From assembly GCF_009914755.1 (NCBI RefSeq), contig NC_060938.1: a DNA stretch of 64,000 nt, one strand, 5' to 3'. Position 1 is the first letter of the stretch. Each line of letters starts with the position of its first letter. This stretch comes from the human T2T-CHM13v2.0 reference genome, Homo sapiens. Of the stretch, positions 26,721 through 42,111 are shown in pieces. The notes below the pieces were generated by a model. It searched no databases and was not told the origin of the DNA. It saw only the letters and a list, made by a program, of their open reading frames with translations. The position numbers were made by a program, and so were the translations under genes.

Positions 26721-27476
26721 TTTTTTTATTTTTATTTTTGATATCTTTTTTATTTTTTTATTTTTATTTTTTAGTATTTATTGATCATTCTTGGGTATTT
26801 CTCGGAGCGGGGGATTTGGCAGGGTCATAGGACAATAGTGGAGGGAAGGTCAGCAGATAAACATGTGAACAAGGGTCTCTGGTTTTCCTAGGCAGAGGAC
26901 CCTGCGGCCTTCCGCAGTGTTTGTGTCCCTGGGTACTTGAGATTAGGGAGTGGTGATGACTCTTAACGAGCATGCTGCCTTCAAGCATCTGTTTAACAAA
27001 GCACATCTTGCACCGCCCTTAATCCATTTAACCCTGAGTGGACACAGCACATGTTTCAGAGAGCACGGGGTTGGGGGTAAGGTTATAGATTAACAGCATC
27101 CCAAGGCAGAATAATTTTTCTTAGTACAGAACAAAATGGAGTCTCCTATGTCTACTTCTTTCTACACAGACACAGTAACAATCTGATCTCTCTTTCCTTT
27201 CCCCACATTTCCCCCTTTTCTATTCGACAAAACCGCCATCGTCATCATGGCCCGTTCTCAATGAGCTGTTGGGTACACCTCCTAGACAGGGTGGCGGCTG
27301 GGCAGAGGGGCCCCTCACTTCCCAGACGGGGTGGCCGGGCAGAGGTGACTCCACCTCCCGGACGGGGTGGCGGCCGGGCGGGGTCTGCCCCCCACCTCCC
27401 TCCGGGACGGGGCGGCTGACCGGATGGGGGCTGCCCCCCACGTCCCTCCCGGACGGGGCAGCTGGCCGGGCGGGGG
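26721..27476 (-). mobile_element. 5'-truncated SVA retrotransposon (poly(A), SINE-R and a few VNTR units)
   Basis: Interrupted poly(T) 26721-26772; TTTATT (antisense AATAAA) at 26777-26782; typical SINE-R sequence; GC-rich VNTR units about 27280-27476; perfect 17-bp TSD CTTTTCTCTCTTCTTTC at 26704-26720 and 27477-27493. No Alu-like or hexamer part. Confidence 0.96.
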
Positions 27477-27493
27477 CTTTTCTCTCTTCTTTC

Positions 27494-27739
27494 ATCTTTC
27501 TTCCTCCTACTCTCTTCTTCTTTCTTCTTCCTTCTTCTTTCTTCTCCTTTTAATTTCCTCTTCCTCCTTCCTCCTTCCTTCTTTCTTCTTCTTCTGACAA
27601 GGTGTCACTCTGCTGCCCACGCTGGAGTGCAGTGGTGCAATCATAGCTCACTGCATCCTTGAACTCCTGGCTCAAGCAATCCTCTTGCTTTGGCCTCCCA
27701 AAGTGTTGGAATTACACGCGTGAGCCACCATGCCTAGCC
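27494..27739 (-). mobile_element. Alu monomer (FRAM-like or arm-recombined) with CT-rich tail
   Basis: Single arm with a left-arm-like 5' end and right-arm-like 3' end; the SVA inserted into its degenerate tail. Confidence 0.85.
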
Positions 27740-28581
27740 TTAGCAGTCCATTTCTAACCTCTTTACAACAATCTCCTTGCCATTCTCCCAGCTAACTTCT
27801 ACACATTATTCAGATTCAGCATTCAGCTTAGATATTACCTAATTTAGAAGCTTCCCCTGATTGAATTGAGTGCCCTTTCTTTGTATCACTTTGTCCTTTC
27901 TCCTGTATCCCTCAATGCTTTTCTCCTGTACTTATCATATTATACCGCAATTTTGTTGTTAACTTATTCTGTCTTTTGCACTGGATTATAAAGCCCTTTA
28001 GTGGAGGAATTATGTCGGTCTCAATGCTGAATATTTTAAGTCTACTGTAGTACTCGGTACATAGTAGTTGCTCAACGAATATTTGTTAAATAAATGAGTC
28101 TTAAGTCTGGAAGAACTTGCAAAGTTCTTTACCAGGTTGCTGGTAAAGCAACCTGACCTTTCTTTCAGGGAACTGTCAGCAACACAAGCCATGAATACCA
28201 ACGCAAAACAGACTCTCACTGTAGATCACACGGGAAAAAATAAAATAAAAAGGTAAAATCCTTAACGGTGGTAGTATTTAAATGACCATATACTGCTTAG
28301 TAAGAAATCCTGGGGTCATTTTCAAGGTCCCCCATTTCCTACTTTTGTTAAGCTGGGTCAAGTCTCTTTAAACTTTCTCCGTTTTCTTGTCCATAAAAAG
28401 AGTATACTAGGTAAGTCTTCTGTCTACCTCGGGACTTCTGTAAGTATCATAAGAGATGTTTTATATGACAACACTTCACAAACGTTTAGTAAAACGCTGC
28501 AAAATGTTTGTAGCTGGCTATAAACAAGATCATGCAGATTGGGTTCCTGAGCCAACAAACCCAAAGAAGACCGGTTGCTAG

Positions 28582-28812
<231 letters not shown>

Positions 28813-29182
28813 TGACAGATGCTGGGCTGCAGGGCCGCAGATGCCCTGGCATTGCTTCTTGCCAAAGACTCGCCTCAGTTCCTGAGACCCCCAGTGTGCT
28901 GGACGTGCCTACTTTTCAGGCAGGCCCAGGCTGAGGCGTGGCGGGACTTGAAACACAGTTAGAACGTAGATGTGGTATTCTACATTGCTTTCTTGGCTTT
29001 GGGTTATTTATCAAATAGATTGAAGAAAAGCAAAACACGTGGAAGCCTTATCTCCGTAAAGAGGCAGCGTTTTTACATTTTTAAACGTTCAGCGTATCCT
29101 GCTAGAAAAATTTCAATTTAAGCAATGTGTCTTTACAATTGTTATCAGTAGTAGTAGGTAAATGTCTCCATAGTGAAGATGA

Positions 29183-29461
<279 letters not shown>

Positions 29462-29822
29462 TAATTCTATTCCTGATTAAGAACTTATGCCAACAGACAA
29501 GTGCACACTATTGAAATTATAGTTTTGTGTTTTAAAAATTTATTTGTGAAGTTCCTAACATGTGATTCCTTAGTTTCAGGAGTTGGTAGCGGGTAGACGC
29601 TTAGATTTTGGAGTTAGACAAAAGTAGGTACTAGCCGGGTCTCCCACCCCTTAACTCAGGAAAAAGTGGTCAGATTGTACAGCAAATCTTCAGTTCACTT
29701 AACTGTAAAATGGAGATAACTTCTTTCATAAGATGGTTATTCAAATTGCACAAGCTAACCACTTAGCTTAGTGTTTACTAGTGTTCAATAATTGGTTGCT
29801 GTTATTTTTAAAACATCTAGTA

Positions 29823-29824
<2 letters not shown>

Positions 29825-29853
<29 letters not shown>

Positions 29854-30138
29854 AGACGGAATCTCGCTCTGTCACCCAGGCTGGAGTGCAGTGGCGCAAT
29901 CTCGGCTCACTGTAAGCTCCGCCTCCCGGGGTTCACGCCATTCTCCTGCCTCAGCCTCCCAAGTAGCTGGGACTACAGGCGCCCACCACCACGCCCGGCT
30001 AATTTTTTTTTTGTATTTTTAGTAGAGACGGGGTTTCACCGTGTTAACCAGGATGGTCTCCATCTCCTGATCTCGTGATCCGCCCGCCTAGCCCTCCCAA
30101 AGTGCTGGGATTACAGGTGTGAGCCATCGCGCCCTGCC
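29825..30138 (-). mobile_element. Alu (Y-like), NUBPL intron 2
   Basis: CpG-rich; GGGTTCACGCCATTCTCC and CAGGATGGTCTC diagnostics. Confidence 0.95.
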
Positions 30139-31637
30139 TACTAGCTCATTTTTTCCCATTTTTATCAGAAGGGAATTCTGGAAGAATTTGTCAGATGTTT
30201 TGGAAAAGTTAAGATTTACCAAATATTGTATTTGTGGTAGATCACTAATCCATTACTATTTGATAGATACCATATTGTTAAAAAAAATTAATAATCTGTT
30301 CTTAATGAATTCATGTGCTCTCCTGCACATTTTTCCTTTCTTTCCTAAAGGTTTACAATCCATCTGGTTGTTTTTAAAATTTAGAAGCTCTTAGTTTTTG
30401 GTTCTAGAACCTTTTGGAGTACATTTTTCAGTTTTCAGTGGTTTGAATCCTTTTGCATGCTCTGTGATTACTTGAACTGGATAAGGATGGAAGGTGTTTT
30501 CATGATTGTAGCCATAAGTTCTTTGCGTTTTGTAATTTGTTGGGTCTGTAGGCTGGCACTTGTTTAAGATTGTTTGTTTATTATTTTTAGTTGGAAGATG
30601 ATTGTTGCCATGAAATGTGAAAGCATTTAAACAGGAAAATGTATGAGAAAGTGTACAACATGTGACACGTAATGGGTGCTTCAGTAAATGTCCCTTTCTC
30701 ACTTTTTTTCTGTTAACATTATACCATCTGTCCCGAAAAGCTGGCCCATACTTTTTCATAACAGCTCTGTGAGCATATCTAAGTCTTAAAAATAGGTTAT
30801 TTTTATGTAACTCTATTGGTATTATTAATATATTTCTTTTCCTTATATGTATTTATTCCTGCCTCAAACTACTTCAAAATACTTCCCATTTGAATATACA
30901 TGCTAGAGATGTTTTAGATTAGAATGATGACATTTGACTAATGCAAATATGCTCAGTGATTCTATTGTTTAAATGTAGGAAGAACCTAACTCTAAAATGA
31001 ATTGCCCTCTGAAAGTTTCTGCCTTAAAGTTGTATTATGTGTAACCTATCTTGTACCTGAAATTCAGAATTTTGTAATTTATAAAAACGAATTTATCAAG
31101 TCTTTGCCCTAGGCTAATTATTTTACATGCAATATTTCGTTTAATCCTGATCACAGTTATGAAGTAGGCATTGTTTTCATTTTATAGAAGAGAAAACAGA
31201 CTTATGGGTAAAATAACCTACTCAAGAGTACACAATAGAAGGTGGCAGAGCTGGGATTTGAACCAGGTCTGCCTTAAAAATTTATGCTCTTAACTAGTTT
31301 TAAGAAAATAACCCTGACATAGTTTATACCATTGTTCTGTAAGGAAATGTGATTCACATTATGAGCGCCTATTTGTTGATCAGTCTTTGAATTGTGTTAC
31401 TCTTCTCGGATGTAGCATATTCCTATTGCTGGTCTAAAGCTGGCTTTGGGACTACTGCTTTCCTTCTTTATGGGATTCGTCAGCATAAGCAGTTTGGGAA
31501 CACATTTTACTCTCTTACCTTTTACCCTTTTCCCTTCCCTCTGTGCACAGTAGTCCAGCCTTTCATATACATGAGTATTTATGAATTAGATACTTGGAAC
31601 TCCTGCAATATCAGCATTTATTTTTAAAAGGCAGTAG

Positions 31638-31817
31638 GGGCAGGATGCGGTGGCTCATGCCTGTAATGCCAGCACTTTGGGAGGCTGAGGTGGGAGGATA
31701 GCTTGAGCCAGGGCAACATGGCAAGACCCTGTCTGTAAAAAAAAAAAAAAAAAAAAAAATGAGCTGGGTGTGGTGGTGCCCACCTGTGGTCCCAACTCCA
31801 GCCTGGGGGACAGAGCA
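31638..31817 (+). mobile_element. Alu (J-like) with two internal deletions
   Basis: Both arms shortened; long central poly(A). Confidence 0.85.
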
Positions 31818-32243
31818 TAGTAATCATAAATGAAAGACAATGAGATTGTGTACATTTTTTAAAATAAAAAGACAATTTTTCTATAAAATATGGTTTTGAA
31901 AATAATTGAATTATATATTAACATGATTTTAAAAAATTAAGTGGATTATTTGAACAAAATTGTAACAGAAATGGATTTTTAAAAATGTTAGTTTTGGGAC
32001 ATGCATCTATTGCATTTATTGGCAAATTACTTTTTTACTTTTCTTTTTACTTTCTGTGTTCCTCCATGTGCTTGCTCTTTACAAGTAAGGGATATATGTT
32101 CAAAATTTATATGCTTAGGTTATTACATGAAAATATTAAAATTACATGAAATTATTAAAAATTACATGAATATATTAAAAGATAAAATGAATTTTAATAG
32201 AAGGAAAGTTACTAAATTCAATTACTTTTTTTGTTTCTTACAG

Positions 32244-32278
32244 TGAATCTTGCACTTGCACTAGCAGCGAACGATTCG
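32244..32278 (+). CDS. NUBPL: NUBPL coding exon 3 ((V)NLALALAANDS)
   Basis: Polypyrimidine tract plus CAG| acceptor and TCG|GTAGGT donor; 35 nt. Its phase-1 start joins exon 2 to give ...KSTTAVNLALALA, the canonical helix after the P-loop in this family. No further NUBPL exon was recognised in the window. Confidence 0.95.
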
Positions 32279-33807
32279 GTAGGTGTTTATTAATAGAAAT
32301 ATTAATTTATTAAAATGTTTTTAAGGCAATGATAAAGAGCATATTGGTGTTTTTTATTTACTCTGTCAGAAGCTATAGTGTAGTTGTAGTGAGTTGCATA
32401 TCTTTAAGGAACTCAATGCTGCCATCACTACTGGTTACATTTAATAATAATAATGTATTTAAGTGTTGACCATATATTGTTTGCTATATATCCCACAAGA
32501 GGCTTTGATGTTCTTTATATCCTAAACCAATTTTGCCTTTATGATTTACAGAAGCATTATTCTGGGTTCAGTTTTTAAGTGTTAGGGATTAAGTTTTTTT
32601 AAGGGGAAAGATATTCTGAAAGTAGTGTATATCCATTAAAACAAAATTCAAATGGAATACGTGTGTAATGCAAAACTGAAAGTTTATGCATTCCTTTCTG
32701 TTCCAGAGAATTAACTTAGGCTATAGTTCTATGTATATCCTTTCAGCTCTTCCTTTCTCCATATAAAAATCTAAAACAATGTACATGTATGTGTGTGTGC
32801 ATACATCTTTCCATGATGTGCCTCATTCTTAATGGCTGGTGCATTGATGGTCAATGATAATATATTTAACCAGTTCCCATTTGATGAAATATTTAGGTTG
32901 GGTCCCATTTTTTCCCTACTCTAAACGATGCTATGGTGGAGTTCTTAAATAGTATTCTTATATACTAAGTGATGACATTTTTGTAGGATAGATTCCTAGG
33001 AGTAAAACTACTAGGTCAAAAGATATTCCTACTTTAAATTGTACTCCTAAAAGTTTGCTTGTAAAAAATTTCAGTTCCATTCTTTTCCTTGGGAGAAGAA
33101 AAAAAAATTCAGCTATAGTCTATGGGAGTATCAATTTTTCATAGTCTCATTATTGTTGGATGTTATCTTTTTAGATATTAAAAAAAATAACATTCAACTT
33201 ATTTGCAACTCCATAAATTATCAGCTACTAAATGAAAAGGCACACACGTATTTCAGAATTGATTTTAATTTCTGCTTCATACCTATTTTATAGAATACAG
33301 GCAAGAATCATTTAATATGTTTAACTGTGGCTATACTTCTAACTTATTTTCTACCCGTACTATGTAACTTCAGTTCCTAATAAATAGCACATATGAAAAA
33401 ATAATATGTGGTATCTCTGTAAGTATGTTATCAGTATATGGAGTCCAGAATCTGCCAGATCCTGGAACTAGACATAGATATTCATGTCTTCTGATGCTTG
33501 GCTGTATATTTCTGAAAATTGGAAACTAATAAACAAGATTTATAATATTTTGGTTATGTAAATTTTATTCACCATAGAAACAGGTAGCATAAAAGGACTT
33601 TTAGGGAAGAAAATGTAATTAAGTTTCTCTAAAGTTGCACTTCTAGAAAGAGAAGATTCAAATATCAAGACAAAATTTTTTCTTAAAAAATTTTTTTTCA
33701 ACTTGCTTCCTTTTATGGGGGACCTACTTTCATGTATCCCATCTTATCCTCTTTCTTGAATTCTTTTTTTTGTTTTTCTGAAGGACACCCTTGAGTCCTT
33801 ATATGGT

Positions 33808-34247
33808 TTGGTAGGCAGAACAGTGGCCTGCCAAAAGTGTCCACATCCTAATTCCTGGAACCTGTAAATATGTTACTTTTCCTGCCAAAAGGAACTTTGC
33901 TGGTGTGACTAACACCAGCAAAATTAAAGATCTTGAGATGGGAAGATTATCCTGGATTATCTGGCTAGGTCCAATTGAAGATCCTTATAAATGAAAGATG
34001 GAGGTAGGTCCGAGTCAGAGTGACTTGATAAGAGAAGGATTCAATCCACCATTGCTGGCCTTGAAGACAGAAGGGGACCACTAGTCAAGGAATGTAGTCA
34101 GCTTCCAGAAGCTTGAAAAGGCAAAGAAATTGATTTTTCCCTAAAGCTTCCAGAAGGTACGTAATTCTGCCAACACCTTAATTTTAGCTCATTGAGATCT
34201 CTTTGGACTTCTGTGATAATATTTTATAGAAGTAGGAAACTAATACA
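33808..34247 (+). mobile_element. MLT1-type MaLR LTR
   Basis: GGTAGGCAGAA..ATCCTAATTCCTGGAACCTG...GGAAACTAATACA. Confidence 0.85.
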
Positions 34248-34965
34248 TATAGGAAGTAAATTTGCTTATTTCTTTAATTTCCAAAAGTGTCTTTAATTTA
34301 TATTCGTTATTTGATAGCTTAACTAGATTCTAGTTAACTATAAAATTCCAGGTTCAAAATAATTTCCAATCTGAACTTTGAAAACAACATACTGTTTTTT
34401 TCTAGCATGCTAATGAAATGTCTGATGATAGTCTGATTCATATTCTTTTGTAATAACCAGTGTTTTCCCTCTCAAAGAGTTTAGGTTTTCTTTATGTCTT
34501 TTACATTTAAAAGTGCCACAAACATGCGTCTAGTTATTGGCTTAACCTGCGTGGGATTTGGCCCTGCAGTATCAAGCTTTGAGTATTTTTCAGCATAGGA
34601 AAAATTTCTTCTGCTCATTGATTATGTTTTGTGATGTGTTTGTTCTGTCTCCAGAAACCTGTTAGGTAGATACTGACCTTTATGCTTGTTAATTTTTCTG
34701 TCATATTTTGATCTCTTTGTCTTTTGCTCTGTGTTTTGAAAGATGTCTTTGACTATTTTTCACATTGCTGTATTGGACTTTAGTTGTTATTAGGTTCTTC
34801 TGATTTTGTTTTTCATTTGGAAATTATTTTTTTTTCCAATTTTTCCAGAACTATTTCTTATTTTCCACTTGCTGTTCCAAAAAAAAGGTTGTACCATTCT
34901 CTTGAATCTCTCCGAGGATGCTAATTGAAATTAATAAAAAGTGTTTTTCTTAGTGACCTCTGCTT

Positions 34966-35156
34966 ACTTAGGATGGTTCTTGTAATGTGGCTGTTGACCA
35001 GCAGAATCAGCTTTACCTGGGAACTTGTTAGACATGTAAAATCTTGAGCCCCACCCTAGGCTTACTGAATCAGAAACCCTGGGGATAGAGATCTGCAATC
35101 TGTGTTTTAACCAACCCTCTAGGCGATTTTGATGCATGCCAAAGTTAAGAACCATG
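34966..35156. mobile_element. MER5A-like hAT MITE
   Basis: TGGTTCT...CTGGGAACTTGTTAGA..CTGAATCAGAAAC...AAGAACCA. Confidence 0.8.
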
Positions 35157-35558
35157 GATCTAGAATTTTCCACTTCTAACCTGCTAATGTCACCCTCTTT
35201 TGTTTTCTAGTGTGGTTATGGTTTTATTTAGTTTTAGACTATTTTGTTTCCTTGTCATTTCAATGGAATTTGGAAGAGAAGGGAGATAAACATATATGTT
35301 TAGGCAACCGTATTGAGATAAGAGCCAGTAATATGGTTTTTTTCCTAGTGATTTTAATGACAGCACTTAGTTACCCTAGAAAAAGGACCCTGTCTTCCTT
35401 AAGGAAGGAAACGGAAAATTCAATGGATGGGAAGGTAGATAAATTTGTAGGTGTGGACCTCTTTTAATTTGGTTATCATTGCAGCCAAAGCTTTGAGTCT
35501 TATAGATAATGTGAAGTAACTATGTAATAAGGGATCCAAGGATGAAAAAAACAGTTAA

Positions 35559-36006
<448 letters not shown>

Positions 36007-36416
36007 ATCTAATAAGATAAGGTTGTAGGCCTAGGGGAAACAGGTCCAGGAAGCAATTCATTTTACTTTTCATGTTGTACTTAGTAATATCTGAAGTGGA
36101 TTGCGTAAGCCCTGGGGAGATTTGCAAGACAGTCCATTGGGATGTGGGCAGAACATTTTTCTTTTCTATTTGAATTAATTTTTATTTTAATATTTGTTTG
36201 TATATACCTTATATATGGTATTAGTATAGTAGCTCTAATATAATGTATAAACAAATATATTAACATATTGAGGATGTATGCCCAAATACCTTTTAAAAAA
36301 CTGATTGGGGTACATGATCAGAAAAGTTTGAATGTCACTGGTCTAGGCTAAAGGAATTTCTGGGCTGGACCATATGCCTAGTTCAAAAGAAGACTACCTC
36401 TACCTTGTAGATTGAG

Positions 36417-36739
<323 letters not shown>

Positions 36740-38683
36740 TAAAAGCATTATAGGAATAGGGTGTAGATTTTTCCTGCTTTTTCCTTGCCTTTTATACTTT
36801 CCTTTGAGGATGTGGATGGGTAGTATTGCAGAGCAAAATTTGGGGATCATGTGTACTATGCATATAAATATTGCAACCCATGGTGTGCCTGAGCCAGTGC
36901 ATACTGGCTTGTGACAGCTGATTGTTAAATTTTCGGTGAATTTTGCAGACCAACTCGTATCATGTTGTTAGCTTGAAATAGGCCCATGATGGGAATATTT
37001 AAACCATGGAAATTGGCAAACACTGAAAATCAAGCCCACTACCCCAAGCCAGTTGTTAGACCTTAATGGTACCCACTGATCTTATATATTGACAATCTTA
37101 TTTTTTGATTTTTCTTTTTTCTCTTTCTTAAAAACATCCTTATTATGGATCTCATTCTTTTACGGCAAAAATTTGATGCACAGTTTGGAAGAGCACTGAG
37201 ACTGGGAGAGGGAAACTTAAAGACCATCAGAAACCATTGATAAGCTCTGTGAGATTCCTAAGTCAGTTCATTTCAGTTCATTTTAGTTCAGCAAACATTT
37301 ATTGAGCACCTCTAACACTCATTGCCAGACACCGGCAGAAAGTAAAGAAGAATAAACATATACTGTGGAAGCTTATAGCCTGCTAAGATTACATTCACAA
37401 ATGTTTAGTCTATATAAATACGTTGTATATTTATATAAGTGTATGTCTGTGTTTATGTGTCTATATTTTTTTGGTATATAGTTGAAATTGGTTTAATAGT
37501 TTCTTTTGTGAGAAAGTTTAATTAAAGCAACATTTAATAAGGTTTTATTAATATTGCTTCATAACAGAGTAGACACCAGTGTACTCTTAAAGGTTTTATA
37601 ATCTGATAAGGACAAAAGGAAGACAAATGTTTTAAAATGATGAGATATATTCAGTGTCAAATATAGTAGTAAATCTGCCCAAGATGAGTAGCTTTTATTC
37701 CAGAGTAAAGCAGTATTGTTTTAAGTAGAGCATTTTCATGAACATAATTATATTTGATTCTCACAGAAACCTGTAATGCAATCCACATAGTATTTATCAG
37801 TTTTACAGTCTTTATTGATTCTCCCCTAATATCCTTGCCACATTTCATCAGCAAGCAAATATCCCTTTTCCTATCTCTACAATATTTTTCCAGTATGTTC
37901 CCATTGTTCTATTTCCACTGTTCCTATTTTAATTAAGGCACGTGCTACTTTTGGGTCATTCATTCATTTATACCTCAAACAATTATAGAGTGCCTACTCT
38001 GTCCCAAGTGCTGTGTTAGTTCTGAAGATACAAAAATGAATGAGACACAGAATCCCTGCCTTTGAGGAACTCATAGACTAGCATCCCACTGCAATGACCT
38101 TTTACCTGCCCGTACTTAGTTAAATCCTTCCAGTACATGATGCCAGACTTCTCTCACTATTGAAATCACATACTCCCTTGCTCAGAGTCATAGCTGGATG
38201 CTTTTGCTGATATTCAATATCCTCTGCCATCTGGCTTCAATCTACCTTTCTGGGTTTATCTTTAGCTATTCTTCTAAATGGCTTCTATGCTCTAGCTAAT
38301 CTGGGTTACTTGCCAAAGCCAGTCTAGGCTGGATATACTATTCTTGATAGCTTACAGTTATTCTTCTACTTGTCTACTGGAATGTTTGTGTTACCTTTCA
38401 CCAGCTTTATGTGTCCTATCTTTCAGGCTTCCTTATATGGCTGTGCTGGTTATATCCTGCACAAGGATGCTTGTTGAGGGGATTGAGTGATGATAGAAAT
38501 TCAGGCTACCCTCCTCTTGATGTGCACCTCTTGTTCTGTTGTTTATGATCTGTCAAAAAAAAAAAAAAGATGTGCACCCATGGGCTGCTTTGTAATTCAC
38601 ACAAAGGCACTGTGTGAGCTAGCCTTGCTCAGAAGGGCAGCTCAGCAGCTCATTGAAGTGTTCCCTGAATTCCTGCCAAGTGA

Positions 38684-38998
<315 letters not shown>

Positions 38999-39329
38999 TG
39001 AAATCCAGTAACACTGTTGATTTGTATTATTATTGTACTCATGCAGCCATTCTGATAAGTTTTATAATAGGAAATAACTAACTTTCATGGAGCATTCATT
39101 ATGTGTCAAGCACTGTTATATGTGCTTTCCATGGACTATTTTAATCTTCATGACATGGTTCTTAGTTCATTTACTCTTCACAGCAACGTTATGGGAATAA
39201 GTACTATTGTGATCCCCACTGTAGTTGAGGAAGCAGAAACACCTATAGGTTAAGTAATTTGCCTCAAGTCACCCAGAAAGTAAATGGCAGAGCTAAGTTC
39301 GAATGCCAACCTAGATCCTGTGCTCTTAA

Positions 39330-39667
<338 letters not shown>

Positions 39668-39921
39668 TAGCTAGATTCTTATGATTAAGAACTAGGTTGT
39701 CTTTATTCTTGGCTACCCTCAGCAGCTAGCGCAATGCCTTATGACTTAGAAAATACATGGTAAATGTTTGCTATACGTATGATTGTACAGGCAGATTTGA
39801 AAGTATTAAGTGTAAAGTTTCGTTTTACTTTATTTTTTGTGAGAAGTGGTATGGGATGGAGGTGTTTGTTGCGACTTAGTGGCCTACACACTGTTCTTTT
39901 CCTGCTTCTTAAAAGATGACG

Positions 39922-40513
39922 TATGGTCATGCTTTACTTTATGATGGGGGTACCTTCTCAGAAATGCATCATTAGGCGACTTCATTTTTGTATGAACTGC
40001 GTAGAGTGTACTTAAACAAAGCTAGATAGTATAGCCTACTGTACACCTAAGCTATATGGTATAACCTATTTGTCCTAGGCTACAAACCTGTATAGCATGT
40101 TACTGTACTGAATACTGTAGACGTTTGTAACACAATGGTAAGTATTTATGTATCTAAACAAAGAAAAGATACAGTAAAAATATAGTATAAAAGATACAAA
40201 ATGGTACCCCTGCATAGGGCACTTACCATGATTAGAGCTTGCAGGACTGATAGTTGTTCTGGGTGAGTCAGTGAGTGGTGAGTGAATGTGAAGGCCTAGG
40301 GCATTAATGTACACTTTTGTACAAGTAGCACAGTAGGTTTGTTTACACCAACATCACCATAAACACGTGAGTCATGTGTTGTGCTGTGATGTTATGATGG
40401 CTGTGCTGTCACTAGGCAATGGGAATCTTTTAGCTCCATTATAATCTTATGTCACCACCGTTGTATATGCAGTCCATTGTTGACTGAAATGTTGTTATGG
40501 GGCATATGTCTGT
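39922..40513 (-). mobile_element. Tigger3-family DNA transposon relic
   Basis: GAGAAATGCATCATTAGGCGA-type and ATAATCTTATG..ACCACCGTTGTATATGC terminal motifs. Confidence 0.75.
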
Positions 40514-41495
40514 ATTCCATGATTCTACTTGGCCCTCTTCTCATTTTATACTCTACCTAGTGATCTCAGCTTTTCCCACTGCTCTGGTTACTAGTCACGT
40601 GCCTTTACTCCAGATGCATCACCAGCTTGCATATCTCTCCTGGGTACTAGTCTGGTCTGTCTGGTTTTCTATGGTAGATGTGTATTTGAATGCTTTATAA
40701 GCATTTCAGACTCAGCATGTGTAAAACCAAACTCTTCATCCCTGTGACTGTCTTTGTCTCATGGAAGTCTGTCTACCTATCTATGTTTTTTTGGTGGAAT
40801 ATAGCTGAAAGAATCATACAGTTACTTCCATTCCCAAATCAATTACCTGTTCCTGCTGCTTCTGCCACTTAAAGTTTTATAGACTGTGTCCTGTTATTTC
40901 ATTCCTTAATGCCACTGCTTTATTTGGATCCATATTGTGGATCTTCTGTGATGACTTCTTTTACTATTATTCCAGCATTAGGTTATTCTTGTTCTCTATT
41001 TTCTCTGCTATGGTGCCTTGAGGAAAGGATGAACACTTTCTATATTATTTTATAAAGTTTGTTTACTATCTCCTCTGCTAGTCTGTGAATATTTAGGGGA
41101 CAATAATTTTGGTTTTATTCCTTTTTTTAATCCTTGGTGCCTTGTCCAGTAATGGAACATAGTAGGTTCTTGATAAATGTTGGTAGTGACTGTGGAGCAT
41201 GTTAAGTGAAGAGTGGCCACAAATGAATGAATGAGTGAGTGAATAAATAAATAAAATATACACAGCAAATTCCAAGTGTTGGATAAGGTGCCTATAGTTT
41301 TGTTCAATACATATTATGCTTTATTTTTCACTGAGCAAATGAAGTAATTAAAATCTGAGATAATGTGTTTGAAGCGCTTAGCACAGTGGCTGACCTATCA
41401 TAAGTTTGAAATAAATTTTTAGTATTGCTAGCTAAATAAAAGCTTTTAAGTAATATTGCAAAATAAATCAGTGCACATCTTATGTACTCAAAAAA

Positions 41496-42111
<616 letters not shown>

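Noticed and set aside
26785-27597. Pro/Gly/Arg-rich ORFs on both strands
   Set aside because: Derived from the SVA SINE-R/VNTR and the adjacent CT microsatellite.
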